NCBI RefSeq assembly: GCF_006345805.1
Contig: NW_021832974.1
Span: 1 to 64,000 of the forward strand
Length of the DNA stretch: 64,000 nucleotides
Source of the DNA: Octopus sinensis
Lineage: Eukaryota
Direction of reading: 5' to 3'
Shown: positions 1 through 13,253 of the stretch, piece after piece
How the letters are laid out: each line of letters starts with the position of its first letter
How positions within the stretch are numbered: the stretch's first letter is position 1
Notes under the pieces: model-generated
What the model was told of the DNA's origin: nothing
Database searches by the model: none
What the model saw: only the letters and a program-made list of their open reading frames with translations
Program-made: the position numbers and the translations under genes

Positions 1-856
1 TCTCTATTTTCAATTGATGGTTATTTTGTTAAAAAAACTATCTCTATTCCACTCAACTTTCCCTCCTACCCCTTTTATTCCTTTCTTGCTTCTCTTTCTC
101 TTTCTTTTTATCTCATCAATAATTCATTCATCTTTTCTTTTCTCATGTCATTTTGTTTTTCTTGTCAAACATCCAATTCTCGTAAGTGGGGCCGCACGTG
201 CTCTTCTTGCTCTCTGTACTTTCACTTATCCTGCGCCGGTCTTTCTAGGGCCAGTTCCGCTATGATCCTATGTTGGAAGTGCCCAAAATGTCTCGTGCCT
301 AATCTACCCGAGCAGCCTACCTTTCCACCCTCAATTCCCGCTTCCATTCCCACTCCTTTGGTTTTTCTTAAACTCCCATCAGCTTTCCGAAGTCAATCAA
401 TCATTCCTGCCAGAATCCCAAAATCAGCCAGACTTACCGTGGCTAAGTTCCTCTCGGTGTTTTAACCTTCGATCGTAATAGTAGGGTCATCATTGGAGAC
501 ATTTGCGACATCATTTACGACTCCATTGTCCGACTATAAAGGATTTGATTTGTATAAATAAACCATTTCTGCATTTAGTGTATCTTTAGAGTTCATAAAG
601 TTGTTTTCATCGTTCATTTGGCTATCTATAACTAATTAAGTACCACCAAAATTTAATTTAATTGATGTTGCACGTAGCTGTCGAATATTATTTTACACTT
701 TATTATTGCTTCTCATTTTAATTCCCCCTGAAATTGGGAGGAATGTGGTATGAAGAAAACTGACAGACCTTGTTCACACATATGTTGAACCAAACATGGA
801 AATTATTTTGGCAGCAAAATTTCTAAAATTTTTAAACTTTTCACAAAGATGCGTAA

Positions 857-1590
857 ATGAAACAAGTATTCCAGCCTCCTAAATCCCAATTCACCCTTTT
901 CACTACTGCTAGAAGATTCAAGGATGGACTGGAACTATTCATTGGAGACAAACCTATTCCCTCTTCGCATACCCAGAAGATCCTTGGCGTATTTTTCGAC
1001 TCCTTAATGACGTTCTCAAGTCACGTGGAGGAGACTCTAGCTAAAGGTCTTCAGAAGTGGAACGTCTTGAAAGCGCTGTTAAAGAAGAGTCCCTTCCTCC
1101 TGAAAGATTGTGTCAGCAAGGTCTACCAACAAGTGATTTCCCCGACGGTGAGTATGCCTGCTCAGCCTGAAGGTTTGCAATTGCTTGTTCAAAAGCGGAA
1201 CGTTTGAACTCACTCAGAAGGAAGATTATGCTCCACACTGACATCTCAGTTGGCAGCCTTGCTTCCGAGGAGGCAACGCGGAAGAATGATCAGGGTTTCC
1301 TACGTTTCTGCAAGGAACTGGGAAATCCATTCAAGGAAAAGGTGGCCCATGCAGAGGAATTTCGGTCGGTTATAAAGAAATGCACTCCAATTGAGTTCCT
1401 CTGCAGAAGGAAGAGAAGGCGTTTCCGGGATACGGTTGGGTCATCAGAAGATCATGTAAAGAGAGTACGGCTGTTGTTGGAGGCAGGGATTACCAAATTA
1501 GTTAGTTCTAACCTATCTTTCTCGGTGATCTTGGAGTTAATAAATAAATTAGTAAAGATAATGGAGAAACAGTATCAAACGTGCATTTAA
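857..1590 (+). mobile_element. Degenerate LINE (non-LTR) reverse transcriptase C-terminal/thumb fragment
   Basis: KILGVFFDSLMTFSSHV...VYQQVISPTV matches the LINE RT 'YLG..FD..L.F..H' and 'Y...IRP..EY' motifs; frameshift near 1150; no YADD motif present. Confidence 0.7.
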
Positions 1591-1945
1591 GTAGATTAAA
1601 AAAATTTGATTAAAAGTTTGAATTTTTTTAAATGAATTAATTCTTATTTTTTGTTGACTCCCATTAAATAAATCAAATTTCATTTATTTTAAAAATGTAA
1701 AGCCTCAAATGAATGATGTGTGATTTTTGTAGCACGTAGAAATATAAAAACTAATAAAAAAGAAAATCGAGTAAATTATATTTTCAGATGATTTTTAGAT
1801 TATATTTATATTTTTGGTAGTTTTTGCGATGGTGGGTTATCCAACCCGGTGGGCTATAAAACCGGTGAGAAAAAATAATAAAAATAATCCATCAAATAAA
1901 CGATTAGTATTTCCAAAAAGTGGTTAAAATGAATAAAACAATCAG

Positions 1946-3669
<1,724 letters not shown>

Positions 3670-3741
3670 CTAAATAAACTTATTTATTCAAGTAATGTAA
3701 ATTATATTAAAAAATCAAATATTTGAATAAAGTATTATTAA

Positions 3742-5520
3742 TAGGGCAATTTTTTTTTAACCTAAAAACTTCGATTTTTTAACCTAAAAATTTTAACTTT
3801 TTAACCTAAAAATAACCAAATTTTAACCTATAAAACAAAAATTTTAACCTAACAAATTTTAACTTAAGAATCATTTATTATACAAACATATAACATAATT
3901 CTCTATATTTTCAATATTAAAATTCCTGTTATCCCTCATAAAGTTTTTAATTTGAGAGAAGCATCGTTCTATGGAAGAGGATGAAGGCTGACACTTTAAA
4001 AGCATACAATATTCTTCAGGAGAAATTGATGAATTTGTCATTCTTATAATTTGACATAAATCATTTTTTTGTAATCGTTCATTCAAATATTTTTCAATTA
4101 TATCTGATTCGTCGTCAAATTTTAAATTCTTTAGCTCATTGTAAGCTAACTCTATTGAGGAGTGAGAACTTTCAAATTTGCACAATAATTCTGCTATTAT
4201 TAAACTAGTTTTACCTGGAATTGTCGAATAATTTCTAACAATAGAACTTAAGCTTTTTACTAGAGATTCATCTCTTAGGCTATTTTTTGCAGCCTGAACA
4301 ATGATTCCATCATCAGGAATTGTTTTGAAAATGTATTAAATCACATGTATTAAATTTTTGCATAATAAAATGCAGCAGTTAGCCAAGTACCCCATCTAGT
4401 TAAAACTACATGAGTGGAATTCCAATTTCATTGAATAGTCGTTTTCTCTTGTTATTTTTTGTTATTGCCGCTTGAATTGATGCAATAAGAGAATCAATTT
4501 CAGGATAAATAGTCCTGATTTTCATTGAACAATTATGCATCAGATGAGCAACACAAGTTACGTGAAATAACCTTGGATATAAAAGCTTAAGAACTTTTCC
4601 AGCTATAATTATATGTTAAATTAAAACCTGCTAGCATATATTTAGCGGAATCTGTTATTAGGAGAAGGAAATTTTGTCTTTCAATTAAAACGCATTTAAT
4701 CGTATCGTCAACAATTTGAATAATTGTTTCTTTGGTAGAAGTTTTGTCAATTTTTACGAAAGAAATCAAATAAGTTTTATCGGGATTTTTAAGTATCCCC
4801 ATTAAAACTGCAACAAATTTTTGACTACGAATAGTGACCTCGTCACTTATGGCGAATACAAGTTGATTTCTAAAAAATTATATATTCATAAACCTAAACT
4901 TTTCTTGAAATAATACAATATATTCAGTTTTCAATTGTTTAACGCACATTCTTGCTTTGTATTGGGAAGGAAGAGGCAAAGAAGTATTCTTGAATAAATT
5001 CTTTAGAGGAGGCATAGTCAATTTATGCAAGGGTATATCGCATTGAATAAATGCTTTAGTGACTTGCATTGACCAGTCATCATGGGTAACTCGTCCAAAC
5101 AAGGCTGATAGAAATTATTCTCTAAAAATTATATTAATTTGTAAAAACTTAATAAATTGAGTGCTTCTTCGATTCTCGGTGAGAATTCACAAAATGCTTT
5201 TTCTCACACCTGACTGTGCATAAGCAAAGTTGACATTGCAACTCGCCATTCTCTCGTAATAAAAACTCCAGCGGATATTCAATAACAATTTTTTTTGCCT
5301 TAAAATACATTGTTTTTGCAGTTCTTGGCATACTAAACACCCACGCGCTATTTTAAATAAAGTTAAAATTTTTAACTTTATAAAAAAATTTTCTTTAACT
5401 TTTTAACTTTATTTTTTTCTTTAATAAGTAACTATTTCATTTAAAAAATACTTTATTTTTACTTTTAAGCCAAAATACACATTTTCATATATTTTAACTT
5501 TTTTAACTTAAATTGCCCTA
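3742..5520 (-). mobile_element. hAT DNA transposon (CGGBP1/DUF659-like transposase), full length with frameshifts
   Basis: TIRs TAGGGCAATTT...AAATTGCCCTA; 8-bp TSD ATTATTAA (3734-3741, 5521-5528); BED-like CQLC...H...H; DIPLHKL; DEVT; TDSAKYM; HVTCVAHLMHN; TRWGTWL; C-terminal SSSIERCFS dimerisation motif; subterminal TTTAACCTAA repeats. Confidence 0.92.
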
Positions 5521-5719
5521 ATTATTAATATAATAGATATCTTTTCGGAAACCTTCTCTTTATTCTGTCTAAATTTCACTAAACTTAATGTAATTTTTCA
5601 AAATACGGCATTCTCCAAACAATTAATTTAAGAAACTGTTTAAATCAGAAAGCAACGGAATTGCAGCATTTACTGACAATCCCAGGAAATTGGAGTTGGA
5701 AATAACTCCTGTAGAAATT

Positions 5720-6460
5720 CAATGAGCATGTGCTAAGCTTAAAAACAATAAAAATCCAGGACCAGAACTGCTTAAGTATGGAAGTAGGAATTTACATGTA
5801 CTCATAGCGGATCTTTTCAACGGAATGCATATAACAAACGACAATCTGTCCCTGGACAAGGAGTACAGGTCTCTGCGCAAAAACCGCACAAAACTAAAGG
5901 AAAAAGAGAGAACCTCAGGCAAGTAATGAATAGCATACGGAGGTGCTGGCAATTATTGCTTTACAAAAAATAAAGCCTCGTACATATAACTATTTATATA
6001 GCGGTTCGTGAAAGAAGGTCGACTTCTGAGATTATTTGAGCCATAGATGGCGATATTTCACTATTTAAAGTTTCAAAAATGCGACAGGCACATTCGGAAT
6101 CAATGTGTCAAGAGCTTTTGACTTGATCAATCGTCAGAAATTGATGAATCCCCTTACAGAATTCTTTGACAAATCTTCTACCTGGATGATCCGGATACTC
6201 TTATCAGAAATCTATCTATTGGTCAGGTTCTAAGACAGATGCTTTAATTTATTTGAAACAACAACTAGAACACTTCATGGAGATCCGTTATCTTTTAGGC
6301 TGTTTGTCATATATCTAGGAGCTGCATTGAGAGACTTAAAACCATACTATGAAAGAAAGATCAGTGTGGTGACTTACGCAGATGACGGGGATTTTATTTC
6401 CTCTGACAGTAATGGTCTAGAAAGTATATTGAAGATAATGCTAAAAAATTTTTTGGTATC
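5720..6460 (+). mobile_element. Degenerate RTE-clade retrotransposon RT remnant
   Basis: KNNKNPGPELLKYG and LFVIYLGAALRDL...TYADDGDFISSD, related to the intact RTE ORF at 9513-10499; stops and frameshifts. Confidence 0.6.
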
Positions 6461-7139
6461 TCAATGTGCTTTAAATTTCAAAGTTTTATCGTAATAGAAT
6501 GAACAAAAATTTAAGTGTAAACATATTTAAGGTAAAAAATGCTTCTTATGTTAGTTTGAAAGTTTCAAAACAAATAAAGTTTAAGTTTCTCGTAATTTAA
6601 ATAGAGAAATGCTGTAAATAAAAAGCCAATATATATTGAGGATTTAAACCGAAAGCCTCACTTTTCTAGTCTCATAAATAGTTTATGAAATGCTTAGATA
6701 AATACAAAATCTTTAACAGTAACAAAATTACGTTACAGAACACTTCATTGTTTGGCCAGATTGTCTCATTGTAGAATTAGGCTTATTCCTCATTACTATA
6801 CTACTTTCAAAGGGTAATGGGACGTAATCTTCACTTGACAGATGACAATTATTTACCATCAAGCATTGAGAAATAACTTAGTCGCCACCTAAATCAAAAG
6901 ATTACGGGCTCACTGTCAAAATTGAAGTACAGTAATGAAAATAAATGGATTCTAATTCTTGAATATGCGGTCTATCGCTACAATACAACAATTTACTCAC
7001 TTTTAAATAAGACGACGTTTAGGCGATATTGGGAAATTTTTGGAATAAACCTGTTACCGATGATCGAATGGGTAAAAGGTAAAATATTTTAAGTAATCTT
7101 AAGAATCCTTAGTAAAATTCTTTGATTTTGAATATTCTA

Positions 7140-7830
7140 TTAAATCTCCAAGTTAGTTGCAGACTTTTTGACATTTTTTTCCAGTCCGACAGCTTCGAAG
7201 AGATTATTTACCTCATTCATCATATTCATCATTGTATCTTCTTTTTGTGAAAATATTTTTAGGTCATCCATGAACAGTAAGTGATTTGTTGTATATGTAA
7301 TATAACTATGATCTTGGTTATCAATCATCACTTTTGGGTACTTTGCATTCAGAATTCTAAGAGGATCCATTACCAGGGCAAAGATTTGAGGTGACAAGGA
7401 ATCACCCTGGAGTATGCCTCTTTCCAATTTTACCTCTCCGATGTCATTATGATTCAGAATTAGCTTTATTTTCCACTTCGTTACAAGGTTCTTCACAAAA
7501 TTCACAGTGCAGCAAGGGAGTCCGGGAGGGTTGAGTGTTAAGTAAAGTGCGAGAACGACCTGGCTCATTCAGTGAATTTCGGTCTACGTGCTCCGCAGAA
7601 ACTGGCATTCAATGGGCAGTGCGGCGTATTCAAGCACCTATAACAGAAAGTCGTGATCTACCGAATCAAACGCTTTCTTTACATCAATCCAGGTAGAAAA
7701 CAAATTATTTCCGTTTTGCTTGTGAATGCACCGGTTAAGAATTGCTTCTTCCTTTGCCCCTTGACACATCCGCCGAGTTCCCAATTGATTATTGGCAATC
7801 AGATTATATGCCTCAATATAATTTCCCAAC
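7140..7830 (-). mobile_element. R4/Dong-like (RLE) retrotransposon RT fragment, interrupted by an insertion at about 7520-7630
   Basis: NQLGTRRMCQGAKEE, WIDVKKAFDSVDH, RGILQGDSLSP, NHLLFMDDLK. Confidence 0.8.
7555..7628. repeat. 74-bp GC-rich dispersed repeat (copies at 17317-17390 and 55952-56025)
   Basis: 72/74 identical to 17317-17390; here it interrupts the R4 RT frame. Confidence 0.85.
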
Positions 7831-7859
7831 TTCCTGAATATGTGGCGGAAAAAACAGTT

Positions 7860-9040
7860 GAGTGATCAGACTGTGGAGATTGAGAAGAGGATGACTGGAG
7901 TAGAAGGCGTAACAGTCCAAGTCTCGAAATGTTTACTTCAAGAGATCGTTAAATATTCGCCAAATTGGAAGGCCCCAGACTGCGATGATGTGTATAATTT
8001 CTTCCTAAAAAGTTCATATCGCAGTCAATCTTCAAACAGATGCTTAATATCATAAATGGAGAAACCACTCCTGGAGATTGGTTTTACAGAGGGGTGACAC
8101 ATTTTAAGTTGAACATCCGGTGACCCCAAAAGGCCCTAATGTCGGCTCTCTATAAACTGATGACTAAATGTGTAAATACCAAGCTTGGCGATTTTGTGGG
8201 AGCTTTCTGCTTTTTCTCTAAAAATTAACTGGGAACAAGGCAGCTGTGTCAGGCGGCAAGAGTTAAACAAAGTGAATGGCTACAAACTCCATGCTGCATG
8301 GATCAACGTTAAAAAAGCATTTAATTCAGTAGATCACGTTTTTCTGATACAGATTTGGGAAAAGTCTTGTCAAGTTTGTTGAGTCGATGGCTACCAGATT
8401 AAGAGTAAAACTAAGGCTAAATGGCAAGTACATTCGAGATGTACGCATCGATAGGGGGATAGTTTGTCCCCCATGCTATTTATCTTTTTATTGGACCCCT
8501 TGAGCCATTTATTATCTCATAACTTCCCGAAGGTCTCTATGGGGCAAGGAAATCAGTGCACGTTATTTACAACAAATCACCTTCTCTTTATCAATAACTT
8601 GAACTTGTCTCGAAAAGTGAAGATGTAATTGTTCGAATGATGGAAGAGGTCAATCGTTATTTCCGTGCAGCTGGACTGGAGAAAAATTTGGAAAAGTCAG
8701 CCACGAATACCCCAATGCTACGGAGGATTTTGTGAATGTCAACAACTCTAGTCACTGGCTGGCCAAAGGCAATAACTCACCACAAGGCTTATTCTGTCTC
8801 GTGCAAGATATAAATTTATTCTTTGCAGAACATAACTCAATGTGTTTCCACTGCATGAAATGGAAGAAAATCGTCGATCACTGTGCCACTAGATGTGAGA
8901 AGATGTTACATGGGGATTATGTCAGGAGGCACGGTGAATTAGGAGATGCTTTCATTTTTGTCGAGAATTTGGACTCAAGAATGATAAAAAAAACTCAAAA
9001 CACACTCGATGTGGCGACCAAAAGAAGTTTAATTAATTAA
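7860..9040 (+). mobile_element. Second degenerate R4/Dong-like element (RT plus CCHC knuckle), opposite orientation
   Basis: PNWKAPDCDDVYNFFLK, WINVKKAFNSVDH, GDSLSPMLF, CFHC...VDHCATRCEKMLHGDYVRRH; many frameshifts. Confidence 0.75.
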
Positions 9041-9477
9041 TATCTTGATTTGTATTAAATTATTAAACATTAGTCATTATTAAAATTAATTTTATTTGGA
9101 AAACCTAATGTATTAAATAATTACCAATAATCCTTAATTCTTTTGTTGTTGGTGATTGTTTTGTTTTTCTAATCATATTTTTTATTGATGATTCAATCTT
9201 TATTTTTTGTTTAAAATTGATTAAATATATTGTTGATTTACAGAAGTTCTTATAATCTAGGATATTCTGTGATTGAATTGGTTTTATTTTGACAATAATT
9301 TAATCTTTTTTTCACCTTCATCATTTATATCTCTTCATTTTTATCATTTAATCTTTTTCCTTTGGTATTTTATTTTCCATGAATATTTGTTTGGATTGAG
9401 GTCTGTTGATTGACTTGACCATTCCAAAAACTTTACTTTATACGCCTGATTGGATTTACGCCAAATCAATTGTTTAT

Positions 9478-10493
9478 TATTATTATTTGCAACATACGTA
9501 GAATCATATTAGTTATAATTTTACTCGTGCAGCATTAAAAACAATCCTTTGAACCAGCCTCCTCCAACCTCCTCTGTCGTGAGCGAGTTTCCTCAGCTCG
9601 TCCAGATCCTCACCACTCCTTAGCCTTTTCTTCACACATTTCAGGTCTCCGTCAAGTGTTTCCGGCAGCGTAACACGTGGACGTCCACGGAAGCTCGATC
9701 CCTCTTTCAGGAAATAGCCCTCCATTGCTATGTTAGCTGGGGCAAGCATGTCCATTCGTAGAATATGGCCAAATAACCTCCACCGCATATTAACGATTTC
9801 CACACTCAGAGGGCCAGTTCTGCATCTATTGTATAGCGATTCCTGGTTGATTCTTATAGGCCAGTTCAATCCCAGTAGGGATCTAAGTTGCCTGCGGTGA
9901 AAAGAATCGAGTCCACGTTGTTCAGTACTAGACATTCCCCAGGTCGCCGAATTATATGTCAGGATTGGTTTGACAAAGGCTTCATACATCCTCAGACGAA
10001 GTGACGTACAGAGTCGTCGTTTGCCGATCCACTCTTTCTTTATCTTGTTCATCGTGGCCCAAGCGAGAGCCTTTCTTCTGACAATATCATGGCCGTCCCC
10101 AAGTAGAGAACCGAGTTTGTTCGTTTTGCGCCAGGCTTCACTTGAGCTGCTCTCCATCCTCATGATTTCAACGATGTCGGTTTTTCCAACGTTCATTTTA
10201 AGGAACCATCTGTTCAGCTCAGCAGGTGCCACTTCAAGGAGTCGAAGTAAGGCCGATTTGTCGTCTGACACGAAGTCGACGTCATCTGCATATACAATTT
10301 CGACGATATTGCCAGCATAGAATTTTCGAAGGTCTCGTAGTGCCGTCTCCAGATAGATCACGAATAGCAACGGCGAGAGGGCGTCTCCCTGAGGGGTACC
10401 GACGTTGCACGTGAATTCACGGGAAAACGCCGTGCCGACCCGCACCTTGAGCTTTGTGTTCGATAGTAGTACTCTTATCATATTGACAGAGTC
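9478..10493 (-). mobile_element. 5'-truncated RTE-clade retrotransposon, recent insertion
   Basis: Uninterrupted RT C-terminal ORF (GTPQGDALSPLLF, YADDVDF); short (TAA)n tail; 14-bp TSD AATCAATTGTTTAT at 9464-9477 and 10494-10507. Confidence 0.95.
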
Positions 10494-10609
10494 AATCAAT
10501 TGTTTATGGATTCCTTTTTTATTTTTTAGTCGATTAATGACTTAATATTGCATCTTAATTTTTCCCCATTTCAAAAATAATAAATTAATAGTCCTACAAG
10601 GAGAATACT

Positions 10610-11330
10610 AATAATTTATTGGAAAATAAACTAAAAATTGGTCCTCCAGTTTTATTTGTCAGATGACTTGACGCATTTAATAGCGTCATTTGCCAATTTC
10701 ATTACTTCTTCTTTTGTGGGGTGTTCGGCCGGGTAACTAAAATTATTTTAGATGAAAATTATTTTTTCATGATTTAATGCCTGGCGAGATCCTGAACCAA
10801 TTGATGATATTTCTTTATAACATGGAGCAAGCATGTCACGATTGATTATTGAAATATAATCGATCATTTCTTTATAACATGGCTTTGTAGCCGTAGGAGT
10901 GTTACCCCGAGGGACTATTGTGGGGCGATTTGTATGTAAATACAGATCTGGTGACTCCATTAGAGCGGCCACATTGACCAGATGAATAGCTCTTATATTT
11001 GGTTAAGTTTCTAAAAAGAAATGGACACCACAAGAAATGCACCGCTAGCGTGCTTCAATCGAATACAAATCTGCCATGACGGACGACACACACGTCGTCC
11101 TGGATTGCAAAAATCTCATCGCTATAAGAAGATAATATGAGATTAACTCACTCTTTAACTTATGGTGTGACCATACTGTCGGTTTTCTTCGTGCCGAATT
11201 CCTCTCAATTTCATGGGGAATGAGGTTAAATAAATTAAAGGCCGGCAGAGTTATTCGGCTGTCAACAGCTACGACAATACCTCCTGCATATCTGATGGCC
11301 ATTGCAGTTGTATGGTTTGAATAATCTCTT
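10610..11330 (-). CDS. Divergent 20S proteasome beta-type subunit-like gene (possibly a pseudogene)
   Basis: TTAMAIRYAGGIVVAVDSRIT, SIGSGS and EEVMKLANDAI...D..TGG match beta1/beta5 motifs in order; I could not splice it into one clean frame. Confidence 0.55.
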
Positions 11331-11512
11331 CATCAAACATCCGTAATTGGTAATAATGACGGAACGTTTGCAAATATAGTTAAAGTCGGGAGGTCGCGAG
11401 CCGAGCGCGCGACCGAGCACTAGACGCGACCAATCAAATTTACTCAATGTCAATCAATGTCAAAATAACTTATTTTATTGATTAGATCAAGGACAATTAT
11501 TATTTCTGACTG

Positions 11513-12830
11513 TTATAACTTCTTAAGTCGTTTGGCATGAACTTTCATTACTGATCCATCACTATTTTCCACATTGACAAAATTGTTAGACAATTTCGCA
11601 ACAATAGTGAATGGATCCCCGTATGGATGTTCAAACCTGGTTAATCTCAAGGAAGGATTTGTCCCATAATCTTTTTGAATGCGAACCTTTTAAGTAATTA
11701 TAAAATAAATACAATGTCTCCAATGTTTAATTCATATTTAGACACATGCACTCCCATCTTCCTGTTCATTCTCTTATAATATGGAGAATCCAAGTTAACT
11801 TTTGGGAAGTTGAATTCGAATTCATCTTTAGTTGAATTTAAAACATTTACTGTTAATTTCGGGAGTGTATTGAAGTTCAGCTGCCTCAACATCAGTATTT
11901 CCTAAAACAGTATTGAATCCAGGAATTCCACGATATCTCTCAAAGGGCTAACGCCTGCAAAAAATTTAAGACAAATAATTCACCTGTAGATGAATGAGGT
12001 GTTTGATTGTACAAAAACACAGTCTTTCTTATGTGTTTTACCCACTCTTTGGTGTCATCCAAACTCATAATTTTTGAAAGGCTCCTTGTGACCGTCTGAT
12101 TAAATCGTTCAACAATTCCCTGACTCTGGGGATTGTTTGGTCTTCCATGTATTTGTCGAACACAAAACTCTTCACATACTTTTGTCACATGAGAATTTTT
12201 GAATTCTGTTCCGTTGTCTGATTGGAGAAACTTGCAGGGACCAAAATCCATAAAAATATCATTCAGATTATTCGCCACCTCTACTCCACTTTTATTTTTA
12301 AGATTCCTTGTAAACGCATATTTCGAATATACGTCTATTACAGACCAAGAAAAATCATTGTTTTCATTTTTAAATCTACAAAATAAGTTAATTTTATACC
12401 GTTTAAGATCAATTAAATCTACTTGAAATCTTTCATTAGGTAAATCAGCAACAATATGAGTTGAATCATCATATTGTTTTAGTGGAACTGAAAATTTGCA
12501 AATATTGCATTCTTTAACAACTTGGCGAATGATCTCTCTTCTCAATATAAAAAATCTTCGCCTACATAAGGCTTCCAAAGCATTATGTCCGCAATGATTA
12601 GCTTCATGAATCTCACGTGCAATTAATTTCATCTCTTCTAAGCTCGTGGAAGCAATTACGAGCTTGTGTAGGCCGTTTACATCTTTAAGATATAGTTTCC
12701 CCTCTTTAATTAGGAAATTTTCTGCTTTCTTTTTGAGTCGATACTTCTTATGTTTGGAAAGATCGACCTCCTCATTATTGAGTATAGATCTTAGGAAATT
12801 ATATTCATCTTGATCTTTTACATTTTTCAT
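11513..12830 (-). mobile_element. Ginger2/Tdd-like integrase-type transposase with four mini-introns
   Basis: HHCC finger (IHEANHCGH...CNIC); DDE core QVDLID / QSDNGTEF / HGRPNNPQSQGIVERFNQT; introns 12376-12399, 11955-11983, 11826-11850 and 11687-11712; one homopolymer frameshift near 11940; no RT nearby; TIRs not found. Confidence 0.85.
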
Positions 12831-12833
12831 AAC

Positions 12834-13253
12834 TCAATCGTGGAAAATTGTTATAATTTTTAGCCTGTGAGGTTTCATATTCTTGAAAATACGTTTGTAT
12901 GAGGTCGTCATAATATTTATTGAGAGGAAGCTCATATTCATTCGAGAAGCACTGAGTATGCGTAAATTCCTCCTAAAATTGACAAAGGGGATATTTTGCC
13001 CAAACTTCTTCATAAAACGTGTATTTTTCTGCCCCTTTTCTCTTTTTAAGATCCTCGGGTTGTTGTAATACAACCTTAAGACGCGATTGAACTTGTCAAC
13101 CGTCATCTTAGGGTTGTCTTTCAACTCCTCCCACATTCTTGCAAATTCGGTCGGATTGGTGATTCGAAAAGAATTCGACATCCCAATCCACATGAGATAA
13201 AGACACTTGTTGTTTAATTTTTCAATAAAAAATTCATACAAAAGAGTTTTCAT
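12834..13253 (-). CDS. Unknown ORF immediately upstream of the integrase
   Basis: 139-codon ORF ending 3 nt before the integrase ATG, same strand; no family recognised. Confidence 0.35.
   Translation of the reverse strand: MKTLLYEFFIEKLNNKCLYLMWIGMSNSFRITNPTEFARMWEELKDNPKMTVDKFNRVLRLYYNNPRILKREKGQKNTRFMKKFGQNIPFVNFRRNLRILSASRMNMSFLSINIMTTSYKRIFKNMKPHRLKIITIFHD

Noticed and set aside
14-465. ORFs at the window start
   Set aside because: Pyrimidine-rich low-complexity translation with no recognisable domain.
1415-1455. Hammerhead-like CTGATGA...GAAA on the minus strand
   Set aside because: Stem II cannot pair beyond one base pair, and the site lies inside LINE coding debris.
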